Numbered from the stretch's first letter, positions 1 through 10,800 are shown. The stretch: DNA of 64,000 nucleotides from Dehalococcoidia bacterium (GCA_003562475.1 PWUU01000096.1:25853-89852); one strand, 5' to 3'. Notes: generated by a model not told the origin, from the letters alone. A program made the numbers and translations.

Positions 1-2
1 GC

Positions 3-1433
3 TTTGCTGGTCTCTGGCTTCGGCACCGACCGGGTACTGATGTCGCACTGCTCATGGGCATGATGAGAGTCATCGTTGATGAGGGTCTACTCGATCGAAC
101 CTTTATCGACCAGCGTACCGAGGGTTTTGATGCCTTCAAGGAGTCATTACAGCACTTTGACCTCAGTCTTGTGGAACAGATTACGGGAGTACCTCGGAAG
201 CAGATAATCGAAGCCGCTCGGGCTTATTCCACCCAGCGACCGGCCACCATCCTCTATGCCATGGGTATCACGCAACACTCCCATGGCACTGACAATGTGC
301 TGGCAATAAGCAACCTGGCCCTGCTGACTGGGAGCATTGGCAAGCCATCAACCGGGGTTAACCCCCTGCGAGGGCAGAACAACGTCCAGGGTGCTTGTGA
401 CATGGGTGCCCTACCCAACGTGTACCCCGGCTATCAACGAGTGGATGACCCTGAGGTCAAACGGAAGTTCGAGACCGCCTGGGGTTACAGCCTGGGTTCC
501 TCTCCTGGACTGACCCTCACCGAAATCCTGGAGGCTGCCTATCACCGACAGATTAAGGCGCTCTACATTATCGGCGAGAATCCCCTGCTAAGTGAACCTG
601 ATGCTGAACACGCAAAGGATGCTCTGGAGAAGGCAGAATTCTTGGTGGTTCAGGATATCTTCTTGACTGAGACTGCCCGTCTAGCTGACGTAATCTTGCC
701 TGCGGCAACTTTCGCCGAGAAGGATGGTACTTTCACCAACACCGAGCGACGCGTTCAGCGTATCTACAAAGCAATAGAGGCCGTCGGTACTTCGCGACCT
801 GACTGGTGGATTACTTGTCAGATAGCAAAGAAGCTAGGCATCAATGGATTTGATTATGCTGGTGCCGCAGATATCATGGAGGAAATTGCCGCCGTCACTC
901 CCAGCTACAAAGGCATATCTTACAGGCGTTTGGATAACGATGGTTTGCAGTGGCCGTGTCTCAGCCCGGAACACGCGGGAACGCCAATTCTTCATACGCA
1001 GAAGTTTCTCACCAGCAGTGGCAAAGCCCGGTTCGTTCCCCTGGAGTATAAGCCTTCTGTCGAAATCCCGGATGAACAGTATCCCTTAATTCTTACTACT
1101 GAGCGCAGCCTTTATCACTATCATACGGGCACAATGACAAGAAGGGTGGACGGCCTGAATATGTTGAGGGACCGGGAGCTTGTAGAAATGAATCCACAGG
1201 ATGCCAATACTCTTGGAGTCATTGATGGCGAAACGGTAAGAGTGGTCTCTCGTCGTGGGGAAGTGACGGCTAGAGCGAAGGTGACCGAGAATTCTCCGCC
1301 GGGTGTAGTCTCTATGACCTTCCATTTTGCCGAAAGCCCGACCAATGTGCTTACCAACCCTGTTCTTGACCCGGTCGCCAAGATTCCAGAGTTGAAGGTG
1401 TGTGTAGTGCGAATAGAAAGGATGGCAGGATAG
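3..1433 (+). CDS. fdhA: Formate dehydrogenase alpha / molybdopterin oxidoreductase, C-terminal part (5' end outside window)
   Basis: The frame of ORF 54..1433 stays open back to nt 3 (..RPGTDVALLMGMM..). Motifs ILYAMGITQHSHGTDNV, NPLRGQNNVQGACDMG and TTERSLYHYHTGTMTRR are present. The C-terminal molybdopterin-dinucleotide-binding barrel (VRVVSRRGEVTARAKV..VSMTFHF) is typical of FdhF/FdhA-type enzymes. Confidence 0.85.
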   Translation, partial: FAGLWLRHRPGTDVALLMGMMRVIVDEGLLDRTFIDQRTEGFDAFKESLQHFDLSLVEQITGVPRKQIIEAARAYSTQRPATILYAMGITQHSHGTDNVLAISNLALLTGSIGKPSTGVNPLRGQNNVQGACDMGALPNVYPGYQRVDDPEVKRKFETAWGYSLGSSPGLTLTEILEAAYHRQIKALYIIGENPLLSEPDAEHAKDALEKAEFLVVQDIFLTETARLADVILPAATFAEKDGTFTNTERRVQRIYKAIEAVGTSRPDWWITCQIAKKLGINGFDYAGAADIMEEIAAVTPSYKGISYRRLDNDGLQWPCLSPEHAGTPILHTQKFLTSSGKARFVPLEYKPSVEIPDEQYPLILTTERSLYHYHTGTMTRRVDGLNMLRDRELVEMNPQDANTLGVIDGETVRVVSRRGEVTARAKVTENSPPGVVSMTFHFAESPTNVLTNPVLDPVAKIPELKVCVVRIERMAG

Positions 1434-1590
1434 TATAGATGGCCCCCACCAGACTCGGTCGGGGGGTTAAGGTGGTTTCTGCTCGAGAATAGGGAGTGGA
1501 GTCACATGAAGGAGAACCGTTATACTACTCCACCGGGTCTGTAAGAGAAGAGCCGGCAACGGCATAGACTGTCTGTAAGGCAGGTAGGAG

Positions 1591-1821
1591 ATGTTTGACA
1601 AGTGTCCAGGGGCTGCACACATCCGTACCCCTACCCTCCAACTGAAGACCTGCCCTAAGTGCGGCGCCGAAATCGAGATGTTCTCCACCGATATGCAGCA
1701 CGACTGCCCCAAGTGTAAGCAGACGGTGTACAACGACCTCGAGTCGTGCGTACAGTGGTGCACTTATGCGCGCGAATGTGTGGGTGAAGAGACCTATCAG
1801 CGATTGAAGAAGGAGCAGTAG
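1591..1821 (+). CDS. Small cysteine-rich zinc-ribbon protein (76 aa), function unknown
   Basis: Two CxxC pairs (CPKCG..CPKCK) plus CVQWC..C. It lies co-directionally 157 nt after fdhA. An AGGAG sits directly upstream of the ATG. Confidence 0.6.
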   Translation: MFDKCPGAAHIRTPTLQLKTCPKCGAEIEMFSTDMQHDCPKCKQTVYNDLESCVQWCTYARECVGEETYQRLKKEQ

Positions 1822-2071
1822 GCGCTTACGTTCGTTGTCCCTCTCCTGGCAGACGGCCTGATCTCCAGGCGCCATCGAAGCAACTGACCTCCAATGCGCT
1901 CGTCCACCGGCCGGCCACGCCTCAAGCCATGCGCGGACAATTTCACGGAACTGCACGGCATCAGTCGAACAGCACCCACTGTATGGGTCGATAGGGGTCG
2001 TTGGTGGTGCAACATGCCTTCCAGCAGAAACTCAGCTCCTGAGCGATGTCCCAGGCCCGTCCATCCGAATT

Positions 2072-2380
2072 CTAATCTTCGTCCGCTGATATGCTGTAAA
2101 CACAGATCCTCGGCTCTTCCAGCAACGACGGGATGATCAAGTCTGCCAGGTTCATCCTTTCCTCTGAAGTCTCCCAACATTCCCAGTGCTCGCGAGACAT
2201 CCAGGTGGCAATAACCAGTACGCACAACGGATCCTCGCCCCTGAACAGAGTCTCAGCCGTCACCCAACCGGGTTGTCTCAGGGCTGCGGCCCTGAGGTCC
2301 TGGAGCAGTCCCATCAGTCTCTCCAAATCTTTCCTCTTAACCCAGCGTTCCTGCAGGACTTTCACCATCGCCATTGCCAT
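2072..2380 (-). CDS. Antibiotic-biosynthesis-monooxygenase (ABM) domain protein
   Basis: About 100 aa with a ferredoxin-like ABM pattern (LRQPGWVTAETLF..DPLCVLVIATWMSREHWECW). TAGGAGGT lies upstream of the ATG. Confidence 0.6.
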   Translation of the reverse strand: MAMAMVKVLQERWVKRKDLERLMGLLQDLRAAALRQPGWVTAETLFRGEDPLCVLVIATWMSREHWECWETSEERMNLADLIIPSLLEEPRICVYSISADED

Positions 2381-2540
2381 GACCTCCTATCGCGAGCATA
2401 GTTTCTCTATTGTATCAGGCGTAAGTGGTGTTCCTATGGCAACAGCACGCTACGCCTCAATCTCCCAATAAGCGATACTTGCCGTCTGCAGCCGACCGGG
2501 TTACGGCACACATGAAGCAACGTCATCTGGTTCATGCTGC

Positions 2541-2790
2541 TCACCACCTTCCCCTGACGAAATTGGGGTAGGTGGAGAAGGGACGTTCACCGCTGCTCAT
2601 CTTCGCCCGCGTGCGCCTCGCCCGGCAAAGGAGATCAGTCTCTCGCGTCAGGCGTAGCACCTTCTTGCGATTGATGGCCGGCTCCTCGTGCTGAAGCTGC
2701 ATGGACGGCCCCGTCCAGGAACCAGTCGTCGGCTGGATGAGGCGGGAATATGCTGTGGATGGCGCCAATGGAATAGAACACACAACGGTG
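2541..2790 (-). pseudogene. IS3-family transposase (OrfB N-terminal region) remnant, frameshifted and truncated before the DDE domain
   Basis: Two minus-strand frames together read ..AIHSIF.. / ..GPSMQLQHEEPAINRKKVLRLTRETDLLCRARRTRAKMSSGERPFSTYPNFVRGRW*. This matches the IS3 OrfB pattern (YGxPRi..L...G..vnrKRV.RLMRe.gL..rrrr......pN.l.R.F). A stop follows immediately and no catalytic domain is present. Confidence 0.45.
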
Positions 2791-2953
2791 GCCAGGCGAT
2801 TGCACCTGCCATATTGACACGCTGGCTTGCCGGCTGAGGACAACGGGACGGAAGGCTGCCATCGCCGGGGCGATCATTTCCAATCTGATCGCCTACTGCT
2901 CTGGTACTATTAGCTTCATGGAGTAACATATTGCCCGATGCGGGCAAGGAGAC

Positions 2954-3892
2954 ATGGAGATGCGCTACGGTTCAGGTGAGTTTCGGTACGAGTTGGTTCC
3001 ACGCTGGGCGCAGGTCACGGAAGGTTGGTCGTTCGTGGACATAGGTGGCATCGCGGTGGATGGTGACGACAATGTATACGTTCTCAGCCGAAGTGATTAC
3101 CCCGTCCTCGTGTTCAACAGAAACGGCGAGATGCTGCGACACTGGGGCGAAGGATTCTTCGGCCGCGCCCATGGAGCACGCCTTGCTCCTGACGGCTCCA
3201 TCTTCTGCACTGATGACGGTGATCACTTTGTCGCCAGGTTCAGCCCGAGCGGGGAGTTGCTGATGACTCTGGGAGCGAAAGGAGTTCCCTCAGACACCGG
3301 CTATCGCCGGACCTGGGATGTATTTCAGAGTACTTCAACCATCGCTTATGCTGGCCCGCCGTTCAACCGCCCCACCGGCACGGCGATCACTTTGGACGGT
3401 GACATCTTTGTCTCGGACGGATACGGGAACTGTCGAATTCACTGCTTCGACGCGTCGGGCACACTGCAGTATTCCTGGGGCGCTCCGGGTGGGAAACCAG
3501 AACATTTCCGTTTACCGCACGACATCGCGCTCGACAAGATGGGGCGGCTCCTTGTAGCCGACCGCGAGAACAGTCGCATCCAGCTCTTCGACCAATCGGG
3601 GACGCTGCTCGGCATCTGGCACGACGTCATTCGTCCGACGGGCATCGGTATCGACGCCGACGGGTTCATCTATGTCTCCGAGCTATGCCTCCGTGTGAGC
3701 GTGTTCAACAGCGATGGTGAGCTATTGGCGCGTTGGGGCAACACAACCAGCAACAGAGACGAGGCTCTCTTCCTCGCACCTCACACCGTCGCAGTGGATT
3801 CGCACGGTGATGTCTACGTGGGCGAGGTGTCGAAGACACACGCGGGAACCGACAGGGGCGCGGATACCATCCACAAGTTCTGCCGCCTGTGA
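2954..3892 (+). CDS. NHL-repeat six-bladed beta-propeller protein
   Basis: Repeated GIAVDGDDNVYV / DIALDKMGRLLVADRENSRIQLF / GIGIDADGFIYVSE / AVDSHGDVYVGE blades. AAGGAG lies upstream of the ATG. Confidence 0.7.
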   Translation: MEMRYGSGEFRYELVPRWAQVTEGWSFVDIGGIAVDGDDNVYVLSRSDYPVLVFNRNGEMLRHWGEGFFGRAHGARLAPDGSIFCTDDGDHFVARFSPSGELLMTLGAKGVPSDTGYRRTWDVFQSTSTIAYAGPPFNRPTGTAITLDGDIFVSDGYGNCRIHCFDASGTLQYSWGAPGGKPEHFRLPHDIALDKMGRLLVADRENSRIQLFDQSGTLLGIWHDVIRPTGIGIDADGFIYVSELCLRVSVFNSDGELLARWGNTTSNRDEALFLAPHTVAVDSHGDVYVGEVSKTHAGTDRGADTIHKFCRL

Positions 3893-3966
3893 GAATCAGG
3901 CGGCAGAAGCCGGGCGAGGCACGCCGCAGAAGCGGGATCAAAGAGACCTGCCGGGGCCACCGTCAA

Positions 3967-4308
3967 TCACTCACCAACAGCTTTCGGGACTTGATCCTCG
4001 CTGAACCGCTCGAGCTTGAAGAACACAGGGCGCAAGCCATCGGTACAGCACTGCACTGCAGTACCTTCTTCTTCGCAAAACGGGTAGTTGCCGCCAAACC
4101 GGAGATGGGTGATATCCCGCTGGATGTCGGCGAAGGCCCAGGAGCAGAAACCCTCGGGACAGGAACCATCCTCCGGCACAATGTACACATCGCCGACGTT
4201 GCAGCGAGGACACGACTCCTCAAACGTAGGGTGTACCGGAGGGGTATCACCAAACAGGTCACGGGTACCCAGTTTCCTGATAACGGTAATCTTCACTTTG
4301 CTTCGCAT
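3967..4308 (-). CDS. TIGR04076-like small Cys-rich protein
   Basis: 113 aa with CPRC..G..CPEGFCSWAF..I..GG..PF..CCTDG. This is the pattern I recognise from the TIGR04076 family. GAGGAGG lies upstream of the ATG. Confidence 0.55.
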   Translation of the reverse strand: MRSKVKITVIRKLGTRDLFGDTPPVHPTFEESCPRCNVGDVYIVPEDGSCPEGFCSWAFADIQRDITHLRFGGNYPFCEEEGTAVQCCTDGLRPVFFKLERFSEDQVPKAVGE

Positions 4309-4502
4309 ATCTCTGCCTCCTCAAGGCTATCATGTCACTCGCAACTGTACAGGACAAGGAGGATACGTGGCCTCACGTGCCGGGACAAACCCGTAACAAA
4401 TGCAAGTCGGTCGCTGGATGCCACTGCATCTCTACACACAAGAGTACCGTGGTCTCGAGACCCTTCTTCCTGTATTCACTGGCATGCGTCACCGGATAGA
4501 AT

Positions 4503-6002
4503 CTAATCGCAGGTGCGTGCCACACCGCGCACTCGTTGTACCGCGTCGCGCCATTCCGCAGAGAGTCGCAGCCTGCGCGACTGCTCCATCGCGGGCAAGA
4601 ATACGCGGTCGATCGCCTGCGTTCCTTCGAGTTGTTTGACATCTGGCCACAGGCCGCTTCCGACTCCCGCGAGGTAGGCGGCACCGCGCGCCGTCGTCTC
4701 CACATCTGTCGGTCTAACAACCTTTACGCCGAGAACATCGGCCTGGAACTGGCACAGGAAGTCGTTCGTACTTGCCCCACCATCTACCTTGAGTTCCTCC
4801 ATGGAGAGTCCGGTATCTTCAAGCATGACGTCTACGACATCCTTCGTCCTGTAGCACATCGCCTCGAGGGCTGCCCGAACAATGTGTTCTCTTGTGGCTC
4901 CCCTGGTGATACCAACAATGGCTCCCCGTGCCTCGGCATCCCAATACGGTGCGCCCAGCCCGGCGAGCGCGGGCACAAAGTACACTCCTCCGTTGTCCGG
5001 AACCGACTCAGCGAGTTCCTGGGATAGCTTCGTTGACTCGAGCACACCCAGGCCGTCGCGAAGCCACTGAAGTACCGCCCCGGCAGTGAATATGGCGCCT
5101 TCCAGCGCATAGACAGGGGCACCCGAGACGCCGCAACCGAGCGTTGTGATAAGACGATCATCACCTGACGGCCGCTGTCCGCCGGCGTTCATCAAGATGA
5201 ACGCGCCTGTGCCATACGTGTTCTTGGCAGTGCCCGGCGACCAGCAGGTCTGTCCGAACAGCGCTGCCTGCTGGTCGCCGGCCACACCTGTGATCGGTAC
5301 ACCTGCCGGCAGTCCGCACTCTCCCGCTGTCACACCAAAGCCGCCTGACGACCCTTGCACATCCGGCAGCACCGACAACGGAATGTCGAACAGGGACAAC
5401 AACTCCTCGCTCCACACAAGCCGGTCGATATCGAACAGCATCGTGCGCGCCGCATTGGTGTAATCGGTGGCATGTACCGCTCCTCCGGTCAGCTTCCATA
5501 GCAACCACGAGTCTATCGTGCCGACCCTGAGACGGCGCCGGCGGGCACAGTCGCGCACCTCGGGCACGTTCGTCAGTAGCCATTCAACCTTAGTCGCAGA
5601 GAAGTAGGCATCGATGGGAAGCCCCGTCACTCGCCTGACAGTCCTTCGCACACCCTCGTCCTTATTCAGTATGGAGCATCTTTCTGCCGAGCGTCTGCAT
5701 TGCCACACAATCGCGTTGTGCAGCGGCTCGTCACTGGCAGCATCCCAGGCAACAGTCGTTTCCCGCTGATTGGTGATGCCAACGCAGGTGACACAGACCG
5801 ACGGGACCTGAGACAAGGCTTCTTTGATGCAGCCAACCACACTGTCCCAGATTTGCAACGGGTCATGCTCAACCCAGCCCGGCCTGGGAAAGCGCTGGGG
5901 GAACTCTCTGTAGGCCGATGCCACCGGGACGGCTTCCTCACTGTAGAGTATCGCACGGCTTCCCGTGGTACCCTGGTCAATCACGAGGACACATTCAATC
6001 AT
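4503..6002 (-). CDS. glpK: Glycerol kinase
   Basis: Full-length FGGY kinase: VIDQGTTGSRAILY, GITNQRETTVAWD, AGDQQAALFGQ, KNTYGTG, VDGGAS. Confidence 0.95.
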   Translation of the reverse strand: MIECVLVIDQGTTGSRAILYSEEAVPVASAYREFPQRFPRPGWVEHDPLQIWDSVVGCIKEALSQVPSVCVTCVGITNQRETTVAWDAASDEPLHNAIVWQCRRSAERCSILNKDEGVRRTVRRVTGLPIDAYFSATKVEWLLTNVPEVRDCARRRRLRVGTIDSWLLWKLTGGAVHATDYTNAARTMLFDIDRLVWSEELLSLFDIPLSVLPDVQGSSGGFGVTAGECGLPAGVPITGVAGDQQAALFGQTCWSPGTAKNTYGTGAFILMNAGGQRPSGDDRLITTLGCGVSGAPVYALEGAIFTAGAVLQWLRDGLGVLESTKLSQELAESVPDNGGVYFVPALAGLGAPYWDAEARGAIVGITRGATREHIVRAALEAMCYRTKDVVDVMLEDTGLSMEELKVDGGASTNDFLCQFQADVLGVKVVRPTDVETTARGAAYLAGVGSGLWPDVKQLEGTQAIDRVFLPAMEQSRRLRLSAEWRDAVQRVRGVARTCD

Positions 6003-6195
6003 GCACTATCTTCCGCACATCTCGACAGCAAAACACTATCGGGAGTCTGCCGATTCTATCACCCCCATGCCAGCGGCAACAAAGCGACAGACCATGCAGC
6101 GTGCGACTATTCACGACATGGCATTACCGTCGTAGCACAGAAACAGTTGTGAAGAACGCTGGTCGAGTGTCGCAGGAAACGCCTTCAGAACCTTC

Positions 6196-6543
6196 TCATC
6201 CACCAGCCATGACACGCTCAGTTGCACGAAAGAAGCGCTCCCATTCACTGAGGCGTGACCTGAGTGTTTCACAACCTTTATCGGTGATCCAGTAGTATCG
6301 GCGACGAGGGCTTCGCGACACCGTATCCCAGGTGCTTTGCACAAGACCTTCTTCCTCAAGTCTACGCAATGCCGAATACACCGTACTGGCGGTCAAACAG
6401 AAGTATCCGCTGCTCCTGCGTTCGACTTCCTTCGCGATACTGTACCCATGACTTGGCAACTGGCTGATGACAGACAGCATGAGCGGCTCAACCAGACCAC
6501 GAAGAAGCTGATTCAGGTATTGTCCAACCTGGTGCTGAGCCAT
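6196..6543 (-). CDS. PadR-family transcriptional regulator
   Basis: Winged-helix pattern LMLSVISQLPSHGYSIAKEV....STVYSALRRLEEEGLV...RRRYYWITDKG. Confidence 0.85.
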   Translation of the reverse strand: MAQHQVGQYLNQLLRGLVEPLMLSVISQLPSHGYSIAKEVERRSSGYFCLTASTVYSALRRLEEEGLVQSTWDTVSRSPRRRYYWITDKGCETLRSRLSEWERFFRATERVMAGG

Positions 6544-6591
6544 TGGCTGCCATTATACCATCAAGCCAGCTGGCTCATGTTGTCCGCGAAA

Positions 6592-6619
6592 TTGCCTGCG
6601 GCTGAGTCAATGCTATAAT
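6592..6619 (+). promoter_or_regulatory. Sigma-70-type promoter (TTGCCT-16 nt-TATAAT) for htrA; start codon 8 nt after the -10, no SD
   Basis: TTGCCT at 6592-6597 and TATAAT at 6614-6619. The ATG is at 6628 and no purine-rich SD lies between them. Confidence 0.55.
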
Positions 6620-6627
6620 CCATTGCC

Positions 6628-7755
6628 ATGGACATTCGAAGCGTTCGGACACGCATATTGCTGCTTGTCGTAGCATCGCTTATCGGTCTCGCGGGGTGTA
6701 TCGTTGCTCCCCCGTCGACTCCCTCAGATACCACGCCTTCTTCAACAGTCCCCGCGGAGCCGAGTGAGCACGTAGACCCCTCCTGGAGGTTCCCTGCAAC
6801 ACCGAGTGTGCCACAGGAACCTCTCCCCTCCATAGTGGACGTTGTACGCGAAGCACGACCGGCAGTCGTCTCCGTCATGACCGAGATGGTCGCCTACGAC
6901 CTGTTCAGCCAGGCCTATACCCAGGAGGCTGCCGGCTCAGGCATCATCATCGATTCAGACGGGTACATTGTTACAAACAACCATGTCGTGCAACACGCCA
7001 AGGATATACAGATCGAGTTGTACGACGGCACCAAGTACCAGGCGACCATAGTTGGGACCGACCCGATCACGGATCTGGCAGTAATCCGAGCCGATGCAAC
7101 CGGCCTGCCATATGCGTCCCTCGGCATCTCAGACAACCTGGCGGTTGGCGAATGGGTGGTGGCAATTGGCAACGCCCTCGGCGAGGGAATCTCCGCGACC
7201 GAGGGAATCGTCAGTCGGCTGGACGTGTCAGTCACGGTTGGAGGCAACACGCTACGCGACCTCATCCAGACCACCGCTGCAGTCAATCCAGGCAACAGCG
7301 GGGGACCGCTTGTCAGCATGTCCGGTGAGGTCATTGGTATCAACAGTGTCAAAGTCGCCTCCATCGGAGTCGAGGGCATGAGCTACGCCATCGCCATTGA
7401 TGGCGCCCGTCCGATCGTACAGTCACTCATCAATCAGGGTTACGTGACGAGACCCTGGCTGGGCGTGTCGCTGTATACGGTCGACCGGTTTACTGCAAGG
7501 ATCAACCAGCTTGCGGTCGACGAAGGCGCGCTCGTCGTCGAGGTGAGCAGGCAGAGCCCGGCCAGTCAGGCGGGCTTGCAGACTGGCGACGTCATCGTCG
7601 AGTTCAAGGGGCGTCAAATCAGGACGACTAACGACCTGCTTCAGGGGATAATCGATAGCGAGGTGGGAGAGGTCGTAGAAATCGTCTTCATGCGGAAGCA
7701 GGACCGCATGACAACGACAGCCCAACTCCGGGAAAGCCCGCCGCCCTGGGACTAG
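6628..7755 (+). CDS. htrA: HtrA/DegP-family serine protease with PDZ domain
   Basis: N-terminal signal/anchor (LLLVVASLIGLAGC). Catalytic triad contexts TNNHVV, DLAVIR and GNSGGPL are present, with a C-terminal PDZ domain. Confidence 0.9.
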   Translation: MDIRSVRTRILLLVVASLIGLAGCIVAPPSTPSDTTPSSTVPAEPSEHVDPSWRFPATPSVPQEPLPSIVDVVREARPAVVSVMTEMVAYDLFSQAYTQEAAGSGIIIDSDGYIVTNNHVVQHAKDIQIELYDGTKYQATIVGTDPITDLAVIRADATGLPYASLGISDNLAVGEWVVAIGNALGEGISATEGIVSRLDVSVTVGGNTLRDLIQTTAAVNPGNSGGPLVSMSGEVIGINSVKVASIGVEGMSYAIAIDGARPIVQSLINQGYVTRPWLGVSLYTVDRFTARINQLAVDEGALVVEVSRQSPASQAGLQTGDVIVEFKGRQIRTTNDLLQGIIDSEVGEVVEIVFMRKQDRMTTTAQLRESPPPWD

Positions 7756-7801
7756 GGTGCCGAACAACTCGCAGGCACTGAGTGCCGAAGTGGCGCATCC
7801 G

Positions 7802-10800
7802 TCAGGAGGAGCGCAGGATCCCCACAACGAGTTCGTGGTCGTCCAGTTTCAGCGACTGTACAAACGCGTCCTCAGGTGGCGCACCATTCACCAACTCGAC
7901 GCTCAGTGTTTCCTGCCGGATGTAGTCAGCGAACGACGCAAATACAACCTGCAGGCCAGGGCTGCCTTCGTAGTACACCCTTATGTGATCCGCTATCTCA
8001 AGGGCAGCTGACCGACGCATCATCTGAAGCCTGCGCACAATCTCGCGGGCAGATCCCTCAGCGAGAAGCTCACCCGTCAGCTCAGTTGACACGGCGACGC
8101 GGTAGCGTTCATCCCCGGCCACTACCCACCCCTGTTCCTCACCCTCCATGCTGGAGACACATACGACATCTTTCACATTGAGTTCTTCCCTGATGTGCTC
8201 GCTCAGAGCAGTGACAGCAGCCCGCTCGCTCTCTCCAGGCACTACCACAACAGCCGTCGCCAGCGGTTGCCTCACCTTGATACCGGCCTTCGCCCTCGCG
8301 GCGCGTCCCAGACTTGCAAGGTTCATCACAAGCTCCATGTGCTTGTTCAAGGCTCCATCGATTTCCTCTGTACTTGCGACGGGATAATCTGCCAGATGGA
8401 CACTCTCCGGAGCGGTGTCAGCAACCGACCGCACGAGGTTCTGATATATCTCCTCGGTGACGAATGGCGCGACCGGAGCCAGCAATCTAACGGTAGTCGT
8501 CAGGCAACGGTACAGGGTCTCGTGTGCGGCCAGTTTGTCATCATCGCTCTCGCTCTTCCAAAAACGCCGCCGACTCCGCCTCACATACCAGTTGGATAGC
8601 AGGTCAATGAAGTCTTCTATGCGACGTATAGCCTGAGTGAACGCATATGCATCCATCGCTCTCGTTACGTCGACAATGACCTGATTCAACTCCGACAGAA
8701 TCCAACGGTCAAGCTCCGCACGCGTCACCGGCTGCTGGCGACCCGGTACAAAACAATCGATGTTCGCATAAAGGACAAAGAACGAGTAGGTGTTCCACAA
8801 AGTGAGGAGATGACGCCGCATCGTTTCTGCGAGCGACTGCACGGAGAAACGATGGGTGCTCTCGCTTGGCACCGCAGACAGGAGGTACCACCGGACCGCA
8901 TCCGCACCATACTCACCGACGACCGTCCACGGGTCGATAATGTTTCCCTTGGACTTGCTCATCTTCTCGCCATTGGCATCGACCACGTGTCCGAGGCAGT
9001 GAACATTCCTGAAGCACGGACCATCAAAGAGCATCGTGGAGAGTGCGTGCAGGCTGTAGAACCATCCTCTGGTCTGGTCGATGGCCTCGGTGATGTAGTC
9101 CACAGGAAACATCCGGGCAAATGTCTCCCGGTTCTCAAACGGGTAGTGCCATTGCGCCCACGTCATTGCACCGGAGTCGAACCAGCAATCGAGCACCTCC
9201 GGAGCCCGCTGCATCCTGCCGCCACACGTGCCACAGGCAAAGGTCACCTCGTCTACGTACGGGCGATGCAGTTCCAGGTCATCGTGGAAGCCCTCGATTC
9301 CGGGCCTGGCCGCGAGATCGGCACGCCCACCAACACATTCGAACTGACCACAATCCGGGCACTCCCATACGGGGAGAGGGGTGCCCCAATAGCGCTCACG
9401 AGAGACGGCCCAATCGACATTATTCTCGAGCCAGTCACCGAATCTTCCATACTTGATGTAGTCAGGGAACCAGTTGACCTCCAGATTCCCCGACACCAGT
9501 CTCTCTTTCTTTGCAGTGGTCTTGATGTACCACGATCTCTTCACGTAGTACAACAACGGGGTAGAGCACCGCCAGCAGAACGGATACGTGTGCCGGATGG
9601 TTTCAACACGAAACAGCAGCCTCCGTGCACGCAGATCATCAATGACCTCAGGGTCGGCATCCTTCACAAACTTGTGGGCAAAGGGATATGTTCCGGTCAC
9701 CTTGCCGTCGAGGTCCACCTGCTGCACAAAATCCAGCTTCTCCTGCATGCCGGCCTCGAAGTCCACTTCGCCGAATGACGGCGCAATATGCACGATGCCG
9801 GTACCGTCCTCGAGCGACACGAAATCGGCAGCTATCACGGGATACGTGAGTACTTCTGGTCTTGGCTGGGCTTCAAATTCCGGCATGGACAGTCGTGGCA
9901 CGTCATAGTCATGCGGGTTGAAGAGTGGTTCGTAGCGAAGTCCTACGAGACACTCGCCAGTCACTGTTCCCACCTGTCTGTACCCTGACATGCCCACGGT
10001 CTCCACAAGTGGGGCAGCCATAATGACCCAGTCAGTATCACCCGAGAGAACGGCATACTCCGCATCTTGCGACACCGCAAGAGACGTATTGCCGGGAAGC
10101 GTCCACGGGGTAGTGGTCCACGCCAGCAGATGAACATCCTTCTCATGCTCGCCGATAAGTTTGGCGAGTTCAGAGCACGCTTGAGCAAGCGCCTCCCTGG
10201 AAATCCGGAACTTTATGTATACCGATGGATCTTCGGTATCCTCCTCATACCCCAGCGCTACCTCGTGAGAACTCAGCGACGTACCACATCTCGGACAGTG
10301 CGGCGTTGTACGGTAGCCACGATAGATGAAACCGTTGTCCCAGAGTTGCTTGATACCCCACCACCCCGATTCAATGTAGTCGTCTTTCAGGGTGATATAC
10401 GGGTCTTCCATGTCGATCCAGTGGCCGATGCGCTCTACAAGTGCCTTCCACTGGCCAATGTACTTGTACGCGCTCTCCCTGCAGCGCTGGTTGAAGGCGG
10501 CAACCCCGTAGTCCTCGATCTGCTTCTTACTTCGGAGACCCAGACTCTGCTCAACTTCGAGCTCCACAGGTAAACCATGTGTGTCCCATCCGGCCTTCCT
10601 GGGCGCCCAGTAACCACGCATGGTCTTGTAGCGGCACGGAATATCTTTGAACACGCGGGACAAAACGTGGTGGATGCCGGGGCTACCATTGGTCGTAGGA
10701 GGCCCATCGTTGAAGCTGAAGAGCGGCTGCCCGTGGCGGGCATCGATGCTCTTCTGAAACGTGTCGTTCTCTCGCCAGAAGCGGAGAACGGCGACCTCTA

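Noticed and set aside
4449-4464. A perfect palindrome GGGTCTCGAGACCC downstream of glpK, as a possible terminator.
   Set aside because: On the glpK (minus) strand it is not followed by a T-tract, and the stem leaves only a minimal loop. I kept it out of the feature list as unsupported.
3889-4506. A 205-aa + strand ORF, and other ORFs, overlapping the TIGR04076-like gene and the NHL gene 3' region.
   Set aside because: The composition is low-complexity and Arg-rich. It overlaps a minus-strand ORF that has a conserved Cys pattern and a strong GAGGAGG ribosome-binding site.
8810-9778. A 322-aa + strand ORF inside ileS. Similar long antisense ORFs occur at 16416..17135, 20969..21646, 22393..23118, 45885..46646, 48241..49152, 60624..61681 and 62873..63493.
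   Set aside because: Each lies entirely within a strongly supported gene on the other strand and has no recognisable motifs. These are shadow ORFs expected in high-GC DNA.
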